A stretch of 64,000 nucleotides of DNA from Escherichia virus ESCO5 (IMGVR_UViG_2974610597_000001); one strand, 5' to 3'; positions 48,685 through 57,087 are shown, numbered from the stretch's first letter. The notes: a model not told the origin generated them from the letters alone. A program made the numbers and translations.

Positions 48685-49004
48685 AAAACCTCCTTCTTGT
48701 TGGCTGCTTCAATCATAGCGTTAAGAGTCTCCATACCGCTTTCAACTGCTTGAGCAATCTCTTGGAACACAGACTTCTTAAAGATGTATAAAGACCCTGC
48801 CTGTAAGCGTTGCACACAGCATAAGATCGCTTGGTGATCCATCAGGAAGTCGCCGTAGGCTGAATCAATCTTACCTGTAATTGGGTTGTCTCGTGAGCGA
48901 GGATCGTATTCTAATGTGATATGCGTTACACCAGGTAAAGTAACAAACTGACAACGGATGTTGACACGTGGTGCAATTGACACGCTAAACAGACTGTTTG
49001 ACAT
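48681..49004 (-). CDS. Hypothetical protein
   Basis: 107-aa ORF. Confidence 0.3.
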   Translation of the reverse strand: MSNSLFSVSIAPRVNIRCQFVTLPGVTHITLEYDPRSRDNPITGKIDSAYGDFLMDHQAILCCVQRLQAGSLYIFKKSVFQEIAQAVESGMETLNAMIEAANKKEVL

Positions 49005-49151
49005 TTAAACCTCCTCATAGTAAGGCAAAGCTTTAATCAACTGTTCTGAAATGCCATTCTCTGTCCATGTAACCCCGTTGTCAAGAGAAACATACCCTTT
49101 CTTATCGATAAATTTACGGAGACAACCAGTGAACTTGTTTTTGTAGATCAT
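49005..49151 (-). CDS. Small protein (missed by ORF track, 48 aa)
   Basis: ATG overlaps upstream stop, own stop abuts next ATG (TAAATG); MIYKNKFTGCLRKFIDKKGYVSLDNGVTWTENG... Confidence 0.3.
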   Translation of the reverse strand: MIYKNKFTGCLRKFIDKKGYVSLDNGVTWTENGISEQLIKALPYYEEV

Positions 49152-49591
49152 TTCTTCTTTCCTTTCTTTAATTTGTTGTGACCTTTACCCTTGTAAAGCT
49201 TGTGATTACGAGCAGACGGGTTATTTTGGTTCTCCAGTCGGCTAACAGGTGTCTTCCAAAGATTCCCTGCTACAAAAGAGGCTGCCACAAGTTCTTCCAG
49301 GCATACAAAATCCAAAGCAGGCATCTTTGTTTCCCTCATCTCGCGTTCTACATTAGACAACACTCCTTCTTCCTTACTGTCTTCTTTTTCAATTACAGAC
49401 CAACCCTGTTCCTGCCAAGCTTCCCCTCTGAACCAAGTTTCCATGTTATAACCGTGTTCGTCGAGAATAACACCATCTCGCATCTCAAACCATTCGCCAC
49501 CACAAAAATGGCGGTGCTCAACACGTCTACCTTCCTTCATTGCTTCTTTAGCTTCGGGCCAAGTCAGTTTGATGTTTTGGATGTTTTGCAT
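49148..49591 (-). CDS. Hypothetical protein with basic C-terminal tail
   Basis: 147 aa; first gene of the minus-strand block, C-terminus KLYKGKGHNKLKKGKKK. Confidence 0.35.
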   Translation of the reverse strand: MQNIQNIKLTWPEAKEAMKEGRRVEHRHFCGGEWFEMRDGVILDEHGYNMETWFRGEAWQEQGWSVIEKEDSKEEGVLSNVEREMRETKMPALDFVCLEELVAASFVAGNLWKTPVSRLENQNNPSARNHKLYKGKGHNKLKKGKKK

Positions 49592-49705
49592 TTGTTTTCT
49601 CCTTTTGTTTGGTAGGAGTTGATCTTAACAAGATTAAAAAGTATGTCAATACTTGATCTGAAATTATTTTCAGGTATCATGTATGAACATTAACAAGAGA
49701 GGTAG
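49592..49705. promoter_or_regulatory. Divergent promoter region at strand switch
   Basis: Minus-strand reading gives TTGACA - 16 nt - TAAGAT upstream of 49591 start; plus strand has TTGATC - 16 nt - TATCAT and SD AGAGAGG before 49706. Confidence 0.4.
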
Positions 49706-49999
49706 ATGATGAACATTACTTTAGCAACTAAGAATATTTCTGAAACAATTAACGGTTTTGGTGTGATTGTAGCCTTGCACGGTAACAATGAGAAATGGTT
49801 GGCTTCTTTTGAAGAGGATCGTCAACACAACATTATTTTAGATGCCCCTATAAAAGTTATGCATATCGTTGGTGAAAGCAAAGTGCTCACTTCCTCCCGT
49901 TCAAAAGAACAAATTACAAATGAATTAGTAAAACTGCTTGACAATGTTCTTAACATGTTTGATAATGCACCCATCGATACAAAACGTGTCTTAATGTGA
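49706..49999 (+). CDS. Hypothetical protein
   Basis: 97-aa ORF, first gene of plus-strand operon. Confidence 0.35.
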   Translation: MMNITLATKNISETINGFGVIVALHGNNEKWLASFEEDRQHNIILDAPIKVMHIVGESKVLTSSRSKEQITNELVKLLDNVLNMFDNAPIDTKRVLM

Positions 50000-50011
50000 G
50001 AGGAGAACAAA

Positions 50012-50299
50012 ATGTACTATTCACAAGACGAAGTAGCAAACATTAAACTGGCAGTGGGAGATCTTATTGTGTCACCTAACTACTATTGGGATAACACAGA
50101 TTTGGTTGAAGTAGTAACCCATGTTGGAGTTGAAGGTATTGTGCTCTACACACTAGGTGGAGGTGTTGTTGGGGAAATGGAACGTTATACGACAACGAAG
50201 AAACTGGTAAGCTCTTATCACATGTTTTTACACCAAGGTTCGGAAGAGTATACAGCTTTCTTGTTGAAATTAGATGCAGATCGGGAGAAGGCACGATGA
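50012..50299 (+). CDS. Hypothetical protein
   Basis: 95-aa ORF. Confidence 0.35.
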   Translation: MYYSQDEVANIKLAVGDLIVSPNYYWDNTDLVEVVTHVGVEGIVLYTLGGGVVGEMERYTTTKKLVSSYHMFLHQGSEEYTAFLLKLDADREKAR

Positions 50300-50652
50300 A
50301 AATTGTACACGATGAAATTCAAATAGAAGAAAGTGACCTGATGGATTTGGATGCAGCTTTGGGGAAGGTAATCTATGCAGGAATTAAAGCCTTCCGTGAG
50401 AAGGCAAACAATAGCACGTTTGTCATGATCCCCACTAAACTGATGCGTGTTTTGTATCCAAATAGAAGTGCGCCGTATACAGATGAAGAAGAGGAGACAG
50501 GTAGAAGAGAGTGGTTAAATATTTTAGAAAAGATGGAGAATGCTTTTATTGATAGTGGTAATCCAGAAATCGTGTATGCTGAAGATCAAAGGAAGGCACG
50601 GTTAGAGGGCCGTCTTTTATTCGCTAGTTATTTTGATAATCTTTGGAGCTAA
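50296..50652 (+). CDS. Hypothetical protein
   Basis: 118-aa ORF, ATGA overlap. Confidence 0.35.
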   Translation: MKIVHDEIQIEESDLMDLDAALGKVIYAGIKAFREKANNSTFVMIPTKLMRVLYPNRSAPYTDEEEETGRREWLNILEKMENAFIDSGNPEIVYAEDQRKARLEGRLLFASYFDNLWS

Positions 50653-50831
50653 ATATGTCTGAATTCTTCACAATGGCTTTCTTAGGGATCTATCTGATTA
50701 TTAGTGCTGTTGGCTTAATCATGTCTCTAATAGAGGAAATGGGAATTAAGTGGAATTGTGCATTCGGTATAGCTCTTATGCTCACTCCAGTTTGGATCTA
50801 CATTTGCAAATCGGTTGAACTAATTGGTTAA
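50643..50831 (+). CDS. Small membrane protein
   Basis: 62 aa, two hydrophobic helices. Confidence 0.3.
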   Translation: MELNMSEFFTMAFLGIYLIISAVGLIMSLIEEMGIKWNCAFGIALMLTPVWIYICKSVELIG

Positions 50832-51180
50832 TGGAGGTAATATGTTTAGTAAAGAAATGAGAGAGGTGATCGCTACTCTGGTAGTTGATCATGGTGTTGA
50901 AGTTGAGCGTCACGTTTGGAAAGACGAGCCTCCTTTCTTTGATTTGGCATCACGGGCTAAAAGTCACATGTATCTCCTTGAAGATGATAAGGATTTTATT
51001 CTGCGTATGCGTTATGATCGAGAGTTTAGAATTCCTCTTGACACAGATCCTGATGATGTAGTATTGTGGTTGGCAGAGCATTTCGCATTTAACGCTCTAC
51101 ATGGAAGAAGTTTTGGTAATGAACGTTGGGATACCATTTGTCGTAAACATAATATTGAACCAGAATACGGGAGTATGTAA
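50824..51180 (+). CDS. Hypothetical protein
   Basis: 118-aa ORF. Confidence 0.35.
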   Translation: MVNGGNMFSKEMREVIATLVVDHGVEVERHVWKDEPPFFDLASRAKSHMYLLEDDKDFILRMRYDREFRIPLDTDPDDVVLWLAEHFAFNALHGRSFGNERWDTICRKHNIEPEYGSM

Positions 51181-51431
51181 TGTTAAGTATCAAACCTAAA
51201 ATGATTACTGAAGATCAAAAAGATTACATTTATAAATGTGGTCGGGTGTGGAAAGAATACACTAAAGGTAATGAAGTTATTGTAGTTACGGAACATGCTA
51301 TTTCTTTATCAGATCTTTTTGGTGATTATTTGCAAGTCATTAAAATTGGTATTGACAGAGGTTTGGTGCAGGTGTTAACATTATCCCAAGTTGAAGCAGA
51401 ACACTTAGACAAAATCATTGTCGAGTTCTAA
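51180..51431 (+). CDS. Hypothetical protein
   Basis: 83-aa ORF. Confidence 0.35.
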   Translation: MLSIKPKMITEDQKDYIYKCGRVWKEYTKGNEVIVVTEHAISLSDLFGDYLQVIKIGIDRGLVQVLTLSQVEAEHLDKIIVEF

Positions 51432-51609
51432 GAGGAGAAAGAATATGATCTCTTTAGAATCAATAGCTTTTAAGAAAGGGTATACCGCAGGGTTCAAGTT
51501 TGGTATGTTTAATAAAGTAAATCCATATTGTCCAATGACACACAAAAAGGAATTCGAAGAATGGGAAGATGGATTTTCTAAAGGCTATCAGGCAAAGGGT
51601 TGGTTGTAA
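51418..51609 (+). CDS. Small hypothetical protein
   Basis: 63-aa ORF; start may be ATG at 51435 after GAGGAGAAAG. Confidence 0.3.
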   Translation: MSSSKRRKNMISLESIAFKKGYTAGFKFGMFNKVNPYCPMTHKKEFEEWEDGFSKGYQAKGWL

Positions 51610-51618
51610 GGAGAGAAT

Positions 51619-51783
51619 ATGATTTTAAACTTCATCATCAACTTGTGTTTGACATTGGGACTACTTTGTGCAATAGTATCCCCTTTGGTTGGTGAATATT
51701 GTTCTGAATTGGCGATGTTTATAGTTCTTGGTGCGGCTATTGCTAATATGTTTGTCGCTGCGATTTGTATGTTGTGGGAATAG
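51619..51783 (+). CDS. Small membrane protein (missed by ORF track, 54 aa)
   Basis: SD AGGAGAG then ATG at 51619; MILNFIINLCLTLGLLCAIVSPLVGEYCSELAMFIVLGAAIANMFVAAICMLWE. Confidence 0.35.
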   Translation: MILNFIINLCLTLGLLCAIVSPLVGEYCSELAMFIVLGAAIANMFVAAICMLWE

Positions 51784-51794
51784 GAGGGAAGTTT

Positions 51795-52151
51795 ATGAAA
51801 AAATTAATCTTAGCCACATTGCTGGCTACCGTAAGCTTCACCACTTACGCTCAAAAATTTGTAGCAGTTAAAACGGATATTGGTAAAGATGTTGTGATCA
51901 CAGGCAACAAGTTTTACTATACACCTGGAAATGGTGTTCTAGAAGAGTGTAAAGATGTTGAGGCATATACAGGAAAAGAAGATAACACGGAACGTCCTTT
52001 TTATTCGATTATAGCTACTTGCAAAAATGAAATAGTAGCTATTAAACAATACAAAGATGCCCCTGGAGGAGAGTACTTATTAATCAAGAATATTAAGAGT
52101 GAAAAAACTGCAAAGTTTACAGTAATTATTTTAAAAGGAGAAACGTTCTAA
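51795..52151 (+). CDS. Secreted protein
   Basis: Start refined to ATG at 51795 after AGGAGGGAAG; signal peptide MKKLILATLLATVSFTTYAQ. Confidence 0.4.
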   Translation: MKKLILATLLATVSFTTYAQKFVAVKTDIGKDVVITGNKFYYTPGNGVLEECKDVEAYTGKEDNTERPFYSIIATCKNEIVAIKQYKDAPGGEYLLIKNIKSEKTAKFTVIILKGETF

Positions 52152-53290
52152 TGAAATACACTATTTTTGGAGATGTGGCTGTTGTAAATAAGGAATATGG
52201 CGTTGAAGCTAATAAACTTCCTGCTGGAGTTTGGGTTGTCAACTGCGATCCGCACGGTAACTACTCTTTAGTGCGTGGTGAAAGTTTCTCTCTTCCGAAC
52301 ACTCTTTATGGGGAAACTAAAGACCGCGCCGCACATGTTATTAAAACATTTGCTCGTCGTAGTAAAGAAGGTAAAAATACTGGGGTGTTACTGACAGGGA
52401 CAAAGGGCAGTGGTAAGACGATGTTAGCTAAACTGATTAGCATGTCCCTAATGTCCACAGAAGGTTTAGGTATTCCAACCATTTTGGTGACACAGCCTTA
52501 CACAGATGCTGGATTCTTAGAATTTATGAGCAAAATTACAGATCGTGCTGTTGTTTTATTTGACGAGTTTGATAAAGTGTACGCTAAGAAAGAAGATCAG
52601 GAAGCACTGTTGACCTTGTTGGATGGAACAGGAAGTGGAAATAAACTTTACATCCTCACTAAAAATAGTGGCTATATCTCGGAATATTTTGTAAACCGTC
52701 CTAGTCGTATCTATTACAGTTTCAATTACGATAAACTGTCTAGTGAAACTATGTTAGATTACTTGGATAAGAACTTGGTAAATAAAAAACACGTAGATAA
52801 CTTCCAACGTTTATGGGATGTTAGCACAGAGTTGTCTTTCGATGTTATTCAAGGCATTGTAGAAGAATTGAATTTCTATCCAAAAATGACTTTTAAAGAA
52901 TGTCTTGAAATGATGGGTATTTCTTTAGGGAACGATGCTAAATGGAATGTGGCTTCTATCGTAGCTAATGGCAAAACCTTGAAGGTGAATTGGATCAATA
53001 ACTGGCACGACTTCACCCCTACTAAGTTTTTGTCGGGTGCTTGTTCCCTGAACATCTATCTACAAAGTTTGAAAGATGATGAAGTGGAAGCAATGGAAAC
53101 CAACAGTTATGTTATCCTGGATGAAGATGGTGATCCACATATTGATCTATGTGCAACGGCTGATGGTCTAACTTGTGATCTGATTGAAGGTGGTAAGATT
53201 CTGGTTATGAGCACTACACCAGGAAACACTCTGCGAGTGGTGCTGGAGCCTGTAACACAACGTTCCACCACACTGGGTAGCGTGTTCTAA
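52151..53290 (+). CDS. AAA+ ATPase
   Basis: 379 aa; Walker A LTGTKGSGKTMLAKLI, Walker B VVLFDEFDK. Confidence 0.6.
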   Translation: MKYTIFGDVAVVNKEYGVEANKLPAGVWVVNCDPHGNYSLVRGESFSLPNTLYGETKDRAAHVIKTFARRSKEGKNTGVLLTGTKGSGKTMLAKLISMSLMSTEGLGIPTILVTQPYTDAGFLEFMSKITDRAVVLFDEFDKVYAKKEDQEALLTLLDGTGSGNKLYILTKNSGYISEYFVNRPSRIYYSFNYDKLSSETMLDYLDKNLVNKKHVDNFQRLWDVSTELSFDVIQGIVEELNFYPKMTFKECLEMMGISLGNDAKWNVASIVANGKTLKVNWINNWHDFTPTKFLSGACSLNIYLQSLKDDEVEAMETNSYVILDEDGDPHIDLCATADGLTCDLIEGGKILVMSTTPGNTLRVVLEPVTQRSTTLGSVF

Positions 53291-53294
53291 TAAA

Positions 53295-53320
53295 GATGCC
53301 CCGCAAGGGGCATTTCTTAT
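53295..53320 (+). terminator. Rho-independent terminator
   Basis: GATGCCCC-GCAA-GGGGCATT then TCTTAT directly after ATPase stop. Confidence 0.5.
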
Positions 53321-53331
53321 AGGATGAAATC

Positions 53332-54540
53332 ATGAGTAAAGCTAAAAGTTGGGAAGAATATAAAGCAGAATGCGAGATCATAGCTCTCTCTAAAGGATAT
53401 AAAATTTTAGGCCATAAAGAATGGAAAGGGTGTGAGACTAAACTCCTGATAGAATGTCCTGTGCACGGTGTATGGGATACTTGTAAAATATCTAACTTTA
53501 AAAGTGGGAAGTCTTGCCCTTCTTGTGGTGAATTAACAAAAAGGGAGAAGAGAACGAAGAGCAGAGAGGACCAAGAGAAAGAGTGTGAAGAAGAAGCGTT
53601 AAAAAGAGGTTGGCGCTTCTTGGGTATCTACGGAGAATGGCTGAAAGCTAAAAAGACACGAGTAATCTTACGTTGTGATAGGGGTCACGAGTTTAACACA
53701 TCTACCATAGACAACTTTAAGAATAATAAACAAGGTTGTCCAGTTTGTCGTTTAGAGGATATAGGTAAACACAATAAGCTTTCAGACGATCAGCACATAC
53801 AAGATTTCATGAGTACGGGTGTGTTTCCCGAAGGCACTACCTTCACTAATACAGGGGAAAAAGCTGGGAGGAGCGAAATACTTTGGAGTGTATTTTGCCC
53901 TATCTGTGCTATAGATGAGTTTTCCAAAGCTGGGGTAGGAACGGGATATTTTATCGGTAGAGGTAGTTCATTAAAACAGGGTATGCGCCCTTGTCGTTGT
54001 TCTGCCAGTTACAAATATTCTGAAGAAGAGATGACATTTAGAGCAAAAAGTGACGTAGAACGTAGAGGGTACGTGTGGTTGGGGTGGATTGGGAAAGCTT
54101 CTATACTTGGGGATTTTGAATATGGTTGCAAGGATCATGGGAAACATGTGTGTAGTGCTAACAATTGGTTAAATAAGGGGTGTGGTTGCCCTGGTTGTGC
54201 AGGTATGAATCAACAACAAGCCTACATTAATTATATTTACGATGAGCAAGATATTATCTGTGCACTGAAGTTTGGTATTGCTAATAATAGTAATCGCCGT
54301 ATGAAAGAACAAAATAGTCGTAATGTGTTTACTATGAAACAGAGCCAAGTGTGGCACTTCCCTACTGTGAAGCAATGCAAAGATGCAGAAAAGCGTTGTA
54401 AGCGTGTCCTTCACACGGAAGCAGTGAGCAAATATTCTATGCCAGATGGCTACACAGAGACAGTGGAGTTATCTTGCATGGCATCAATACAAAATATTTA
54501 TAAACTTTATGGTGGAACATTACAGGAGGAAACATGTTAG
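53332..54540 (+). CDS. Cys/His-rich repeat protein (three zinc-binding modules) with possible T5orf172/GIY-YIG-like C-terminal domain
   Basis: 402 aa; three repeats of K(G/R)(Y/W)..LG...W.G......C..HG ... GCP.C; C-terminal YINYIYDEQDIICALKFGIANNSNRRMKEQ. Confidence 0.35.
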   Translation: MSKAKSWEEYKAECEIIALSKGYKILGHKEWKGCETKLLIECPVHGVWDTCKISNFKSGKSCPSCGELTKREKRTKSREDQEKECEEEALKRGWRFLGIYGEWLKAKKTRVILRCDRGHEFNTSTIDNFKNNKQGCPVCRLEDIGKHNKLSDDQHIQDFMSTGVFPEGTTFTNTGEKAGRSEILWSVFCPICAIDEFSKAGVGTGYFIGRGSSLKQGMRPCRCSASYKYSEEEMTFRAKSDVERRGYVWLGWIGKASILGDFEYGCKDHGKHVCSANNWLNKGCGCPGCAGMNQQQAYINYIYDEQDIICALKFGIANNSNRRMKEQNSRNVFTMKQSQVWHFPTVKQCKDAEKRCKRVLHTEAVSKYSMPDGYTETVELSCMASIQNIYKLYGGTLQEETC

Positions 54541-54899
54541 TTGACGTTCAAATTATGCGCAACGAAAGAATGGACTTCTTTGAAGCAGTAGAGAAACATC
54601 TGATCCGATGGGACTATGAATTTGTTCCTGCTGGATGTGGACCAGTAGAGCATTTAGCGGAAGACGACGATGTATACATGATCATTCGTCAAGTGTACCA
54701 GACAGACCAGTGTGAAGAAACTCCCGAACTGATTTTGTTTGAGTGTAAAGATCTTGCAAAATATTTTGACTATGGTGGAAAAGAGGGTCATAATCTCTCC
54801 AGATACAATAAACGTCTACTTATCTTAGACTACATGCGGAACAACAAACACAAACTCATCGACGCAGACGCAGTTTATGGCTACTGGTGGATGGACTAA
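54534..54899 (+). CDS. Hypothetical protein
   Basis: 121-aa ORF. Confidence 0.35.
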   Translation: MLVDVQIMRNERMDFFEAVEKHLIRWDYEFVPAGCGPVEHLAEDDDVYMIIRQVYQTDQCEETPELILFECKDLAKYFDYGGKEGHNLSRYNKRLLILDYMRNNKHKLIDADAVYGYWWMD

Positions 54900-54912
54900 C
54901 AAAGGAGAAACT

Positions 54913-55092
54913 ATGGCACGTTTAGCAGACCATGAAATCTTTAAACCTATTCTGAACCACTATGATGAACTTAAGGCAGTGTTGGATTGTTATAGAGAGG
55001 ATGAAGAACGTTTGGAAGTGAATCTTAAGATAGTTCTGATGAAAGCTTTTCAAGACGGGCAAGCTGAAGTCTTAGGAGGCATGAAAAAATGA
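54913..55092 (+). CDS. Small hypothetical protein
   Basis: Start refined to ATG at 54913 after AAAGGAGAAA. Confidence 0.3.
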   Translation: MARLADHEIFKPILNHYDELKAVLDCYREDEERLEVNLKIVLMKAFQDGQAEVLGGMKK

Positions 55093-55631
55093 GAATAACT
55101 GATGAATATGTATTCTTCTTTTCACATAAAGATGTGTTTAGTAATTGGTATATTGCACCCTTTACAGAAACCGAACCAGGTTACAATCAGACATTTAATT
55201 GTGTCGAACAATACATGATGTGGCGTAAAGCTTTGCTTTTTAATGACCACAACACGGCACAGGCTATTCTGACTCATAGTTTGATACGGAAAGATGAGAA
55301 GATCCAAGCTTATTACAAACGTATGGGTAGGGCAGTGTCAGATTTTGATAACAACGTATGGGAAGAGAACCGTGAGCGTATTGTTATGCGAGGTTTATGC
55401 TTGAAATATGTACAGAATCCAGATTTGTATGCAGACTTACACCTTTACCAATACAAAACGTTTGTTGAAGCAAGTCCTTACGATAAGGTTTACGGTATTG
55501 GAATGGGAATGTATGAACCAGGGGTGCTAAATCCGGTCAACTGGAAAGGGCAAAATCTTTTAGGTAAATATCATAACAAACTGATCGAAATACTTTTCCC
55601 AGACAAAATACCGCAAAGACGATATTTGTGA
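55089..55631 (+). CDS. NADAR-domain (YbiA-like) protein
   Basis: 180 aa; FFFSHKDVFSNWYIAPF ... GYNQTFNCVEQYMMWRKALLFND and C-terminal NWKGQNLLGKYHNKLIEIL match conserved NADAR/DUF1768 blocks. Confidence 0.55.
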   Translation: MRITDEYVFFFSHKDVFSNWYIAPFTETEPGYNQTFNCVEQYMMWRKALLFNDHNTAQAILTHSLIRKDEKIQAYYKRMGRAVSDFDNNVWEENRERIVMRGLCLKYVQNPDLYADLHLYQYKTFVEASPYDKVYGIGMGMYEPGVLNPVNWKGQNLLGKYHNKLIEILFPDKIPQRRYL

Positions 55632-55686
55632 TATTTTAACTTTTTTCATTTTTAGAACAAAGGCGTCACTTTGTAGCACAGAAATA

Positions 55687-55722
55687 AGGCTCCTACAGCA
55701 CCGTAGAGAGCCTATTATTTTG
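55687..55722 (+). terminator. Rho-independent terminator ending the plus-strand operon
   Basis: Hairpin AGGCTCCTACAGCACCGTAGAGAGCCT followed by ATTATTTTG. Confidence 0.45.
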
Positions 55723-55875
55723 TCCTATACAAACCCTTGTCTTTTTCAGTTTGCATCACTAGGATTCGATCTGAGTGGGTTCCTGAAGGTCTGCCAATAA
55801 GATTAAAGGTTATCTCAAATTCCCACTACCTATTATCTCAAAAATCCCTCAAATTATTTAAACTTTTTAAGAATT

Positions 55876-56060
55876 TACAAAAGTGAAAGTTGAAAACCAA
55901 AATTTAAAGTTTAGGAAAATTATCTTAAAATGTCAGATACAAAACAAAACTCAAAAGTCAAGGAAAATTTTAAAAATTTTGCGCGCCCACAGTATTTAAA
56001 GTTTTTTTGCTTTTACAAAAATGAAAGTACAAAAGCAAAATTTAAAGTTTACAAAAATTT
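55876..56060. repeat. AT-rich direct repeats (about 45 bp, 2 full plus 1 partial copy)
   Basis: acaaaagtgaaagttgaaaaccaaaatttaaagtttaggaaaat (55876-) and acaaaaatgaaagtacaaaagcaaaatttaaagtttacaaaaat (56013-), with related partial copy around 55940. Confidence 0.7.
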
Positions 56061-56069
56061 ATGCAGATG

Positions 56070-56185
56070 GGAATGAGAAGAGTTCTCATATGGAAATGCA
56101 AATGATAATGATTCGCATTTAGGTTTATAAATGAGATTGATTCTTATTTGATAAGGTAAATGATAATCATTCTCATTTAGAGAAT
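56070..56185. repeat. Array of four about 29-bp tandem repeats, each carrying an imperfect palindrome AAATGAnA...TTCnCATTT (iteron/operator-like)
   Basis: Units begin near 56072, 56101, 56129, 56158: aatgagaagagttctcat / aatgataatgattcgcattt / aatgagattgattcttattt / aatgataatcattctcattt. Confidence 0.7.
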
Positions 56186-56436
56186 GACGCGCAGGGGCGG
56201 TGTTTGTCTCGCGCTCCCGTGTCCCCTCGCCATGTAATAAGAATAACAGATCCAGCCAGGAAAGCAAGCGATTATTTTATCTTTACATTTCTTTACAAAT
56301 ATATAGCGCCCAGCCTACCGGCGATCAACCTTCCAACCAGCGCCCTGGTATGTTAGCCCCGCCTTTACGCCGTGGGGGTGGCGCTTCCTCTTCTGTATGT
56401 AAAACAGTATAAGCCCGATCCCTGGGCTTGTCAAGA

Positions 56437-56703
56437 TTATTTTTTGTTTTCTTGCCAGGATAGGACACCTAACCAAAAATGCATATCGCCCCGCGCCCCT
56501 GGTGGGATCTTGCTTTCCCCGCCGCCACTGCAAGCCCATAAATAACCATCAGCGAACGGATCAAAGTTTTCTATTTCTTCCACCTTATGATCGCCCAGGT
56601 TGAGAACTGTTTCAACCTTTAAGCCCGTTGCGCTTGCTACCTGGTGCACCGTGCCGCCTTGCCAGCCTAATGAGTGCATAAGGTGTAATGTAGTATTCGT
56701 CAT
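56437..56703 (-). CDS. Hypothetical protein encoded in GC-rich island, opposite strand to flanking genes
   Basis: 88-aa ORF MTNTTLHLMHSLGWQGGTVHQVASATG...; ATG at 56703 preceded by AAAGAAAGGG; local GC clearly above phage average. Confidence 0.3.
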   Translation of the reverse strand: MTNTTLHLMHSLGWQGGTVHQVASATGLKVETVLNLGDHKVEEIENFDPFADGYLWACSGGGESKIPPGARGDMHFWLGVLSWQENKK

Positions 56704-56811
56704 GGTGTCGCCCTTTCTTTGTTGTGCGCCCTGGTTGGCGCGGTAGAAAGATGATAGCCCTTTCTTTTATATATAGCAAGCAAAAAGAAAATAAAAAGAT
56801 TGAAAAAGTGA

Positions 56812-56870
56812 TTGACGTTCGCCAGGTGGCGGCATAATATTTACCACGTAGGGCGGCAATGGTGCCGCTC
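56812..56870 (+). promoter_or_regulatory. Promoter-hairpin cassette 1
   Basis: TTGACG - 17 nt - TAATAT, then TTACCACGTA and hairpin GGGCGGCA-ATGG-TGCCGCTC. Confidence 0.55.
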
Positions 56871-56889
56871 ATTATTTGGAGTTAAAATC

Positions 56890-57087
56890 ATGGCAACATT
56901 GCACATTGTGGCGAAAGCTGGACAAATAAACGTGGTAGTAAACGGTTTTACTGAGTTCAGTCATCCCCAGGATGATCATGAAACGGTTTTATCTTTCATT
57001 GATTCTCTGTTAGAAATGGGAGTCATTACAGAAGACCAGCACGCTACAAAATGCAAGCGCGTTAATCAAATTGCAGGGATAGAATAA
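56890..57087 (+). CDS. Small early-type protein
   Basis: Start refined to ATG 56890 (SD GGAG upstream); ORF-track start 56812 would lie within the promoter. Confidence 0.4.
   Translation: MATLHIVAKAGQINVVVNGFTEFSHPQDDHETVLSFIDSLLEMGVITEDQHATKCKRVNQIAGIE

Noticed and set aside
56156-56178. Confident call of a host Fur-binding site
   Set aside because: The match to the Fur consensus is good, but the element is one of four related palindromic repeats and may bind a phage protein instead; kept only as a hypothesis in findings.
55630-56880. tRNA genes in the large noncoding region
   Set aside because: Looked for cloverleaf hallmarks (T-loop GGTTCGAnTCC-like motif, acceptor stem pairing); only a partial GGATTCGATCT without matching stems, so no tRNA is called. 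A tRNA scanner run would be decisive.
56812-56889. N-terminal extension of ORF 56812..57087 as given in ORF track
   Set aside because: Would start inside the -35 element and run through the hairpin; ATG at 56890 with SD is far more plausible.
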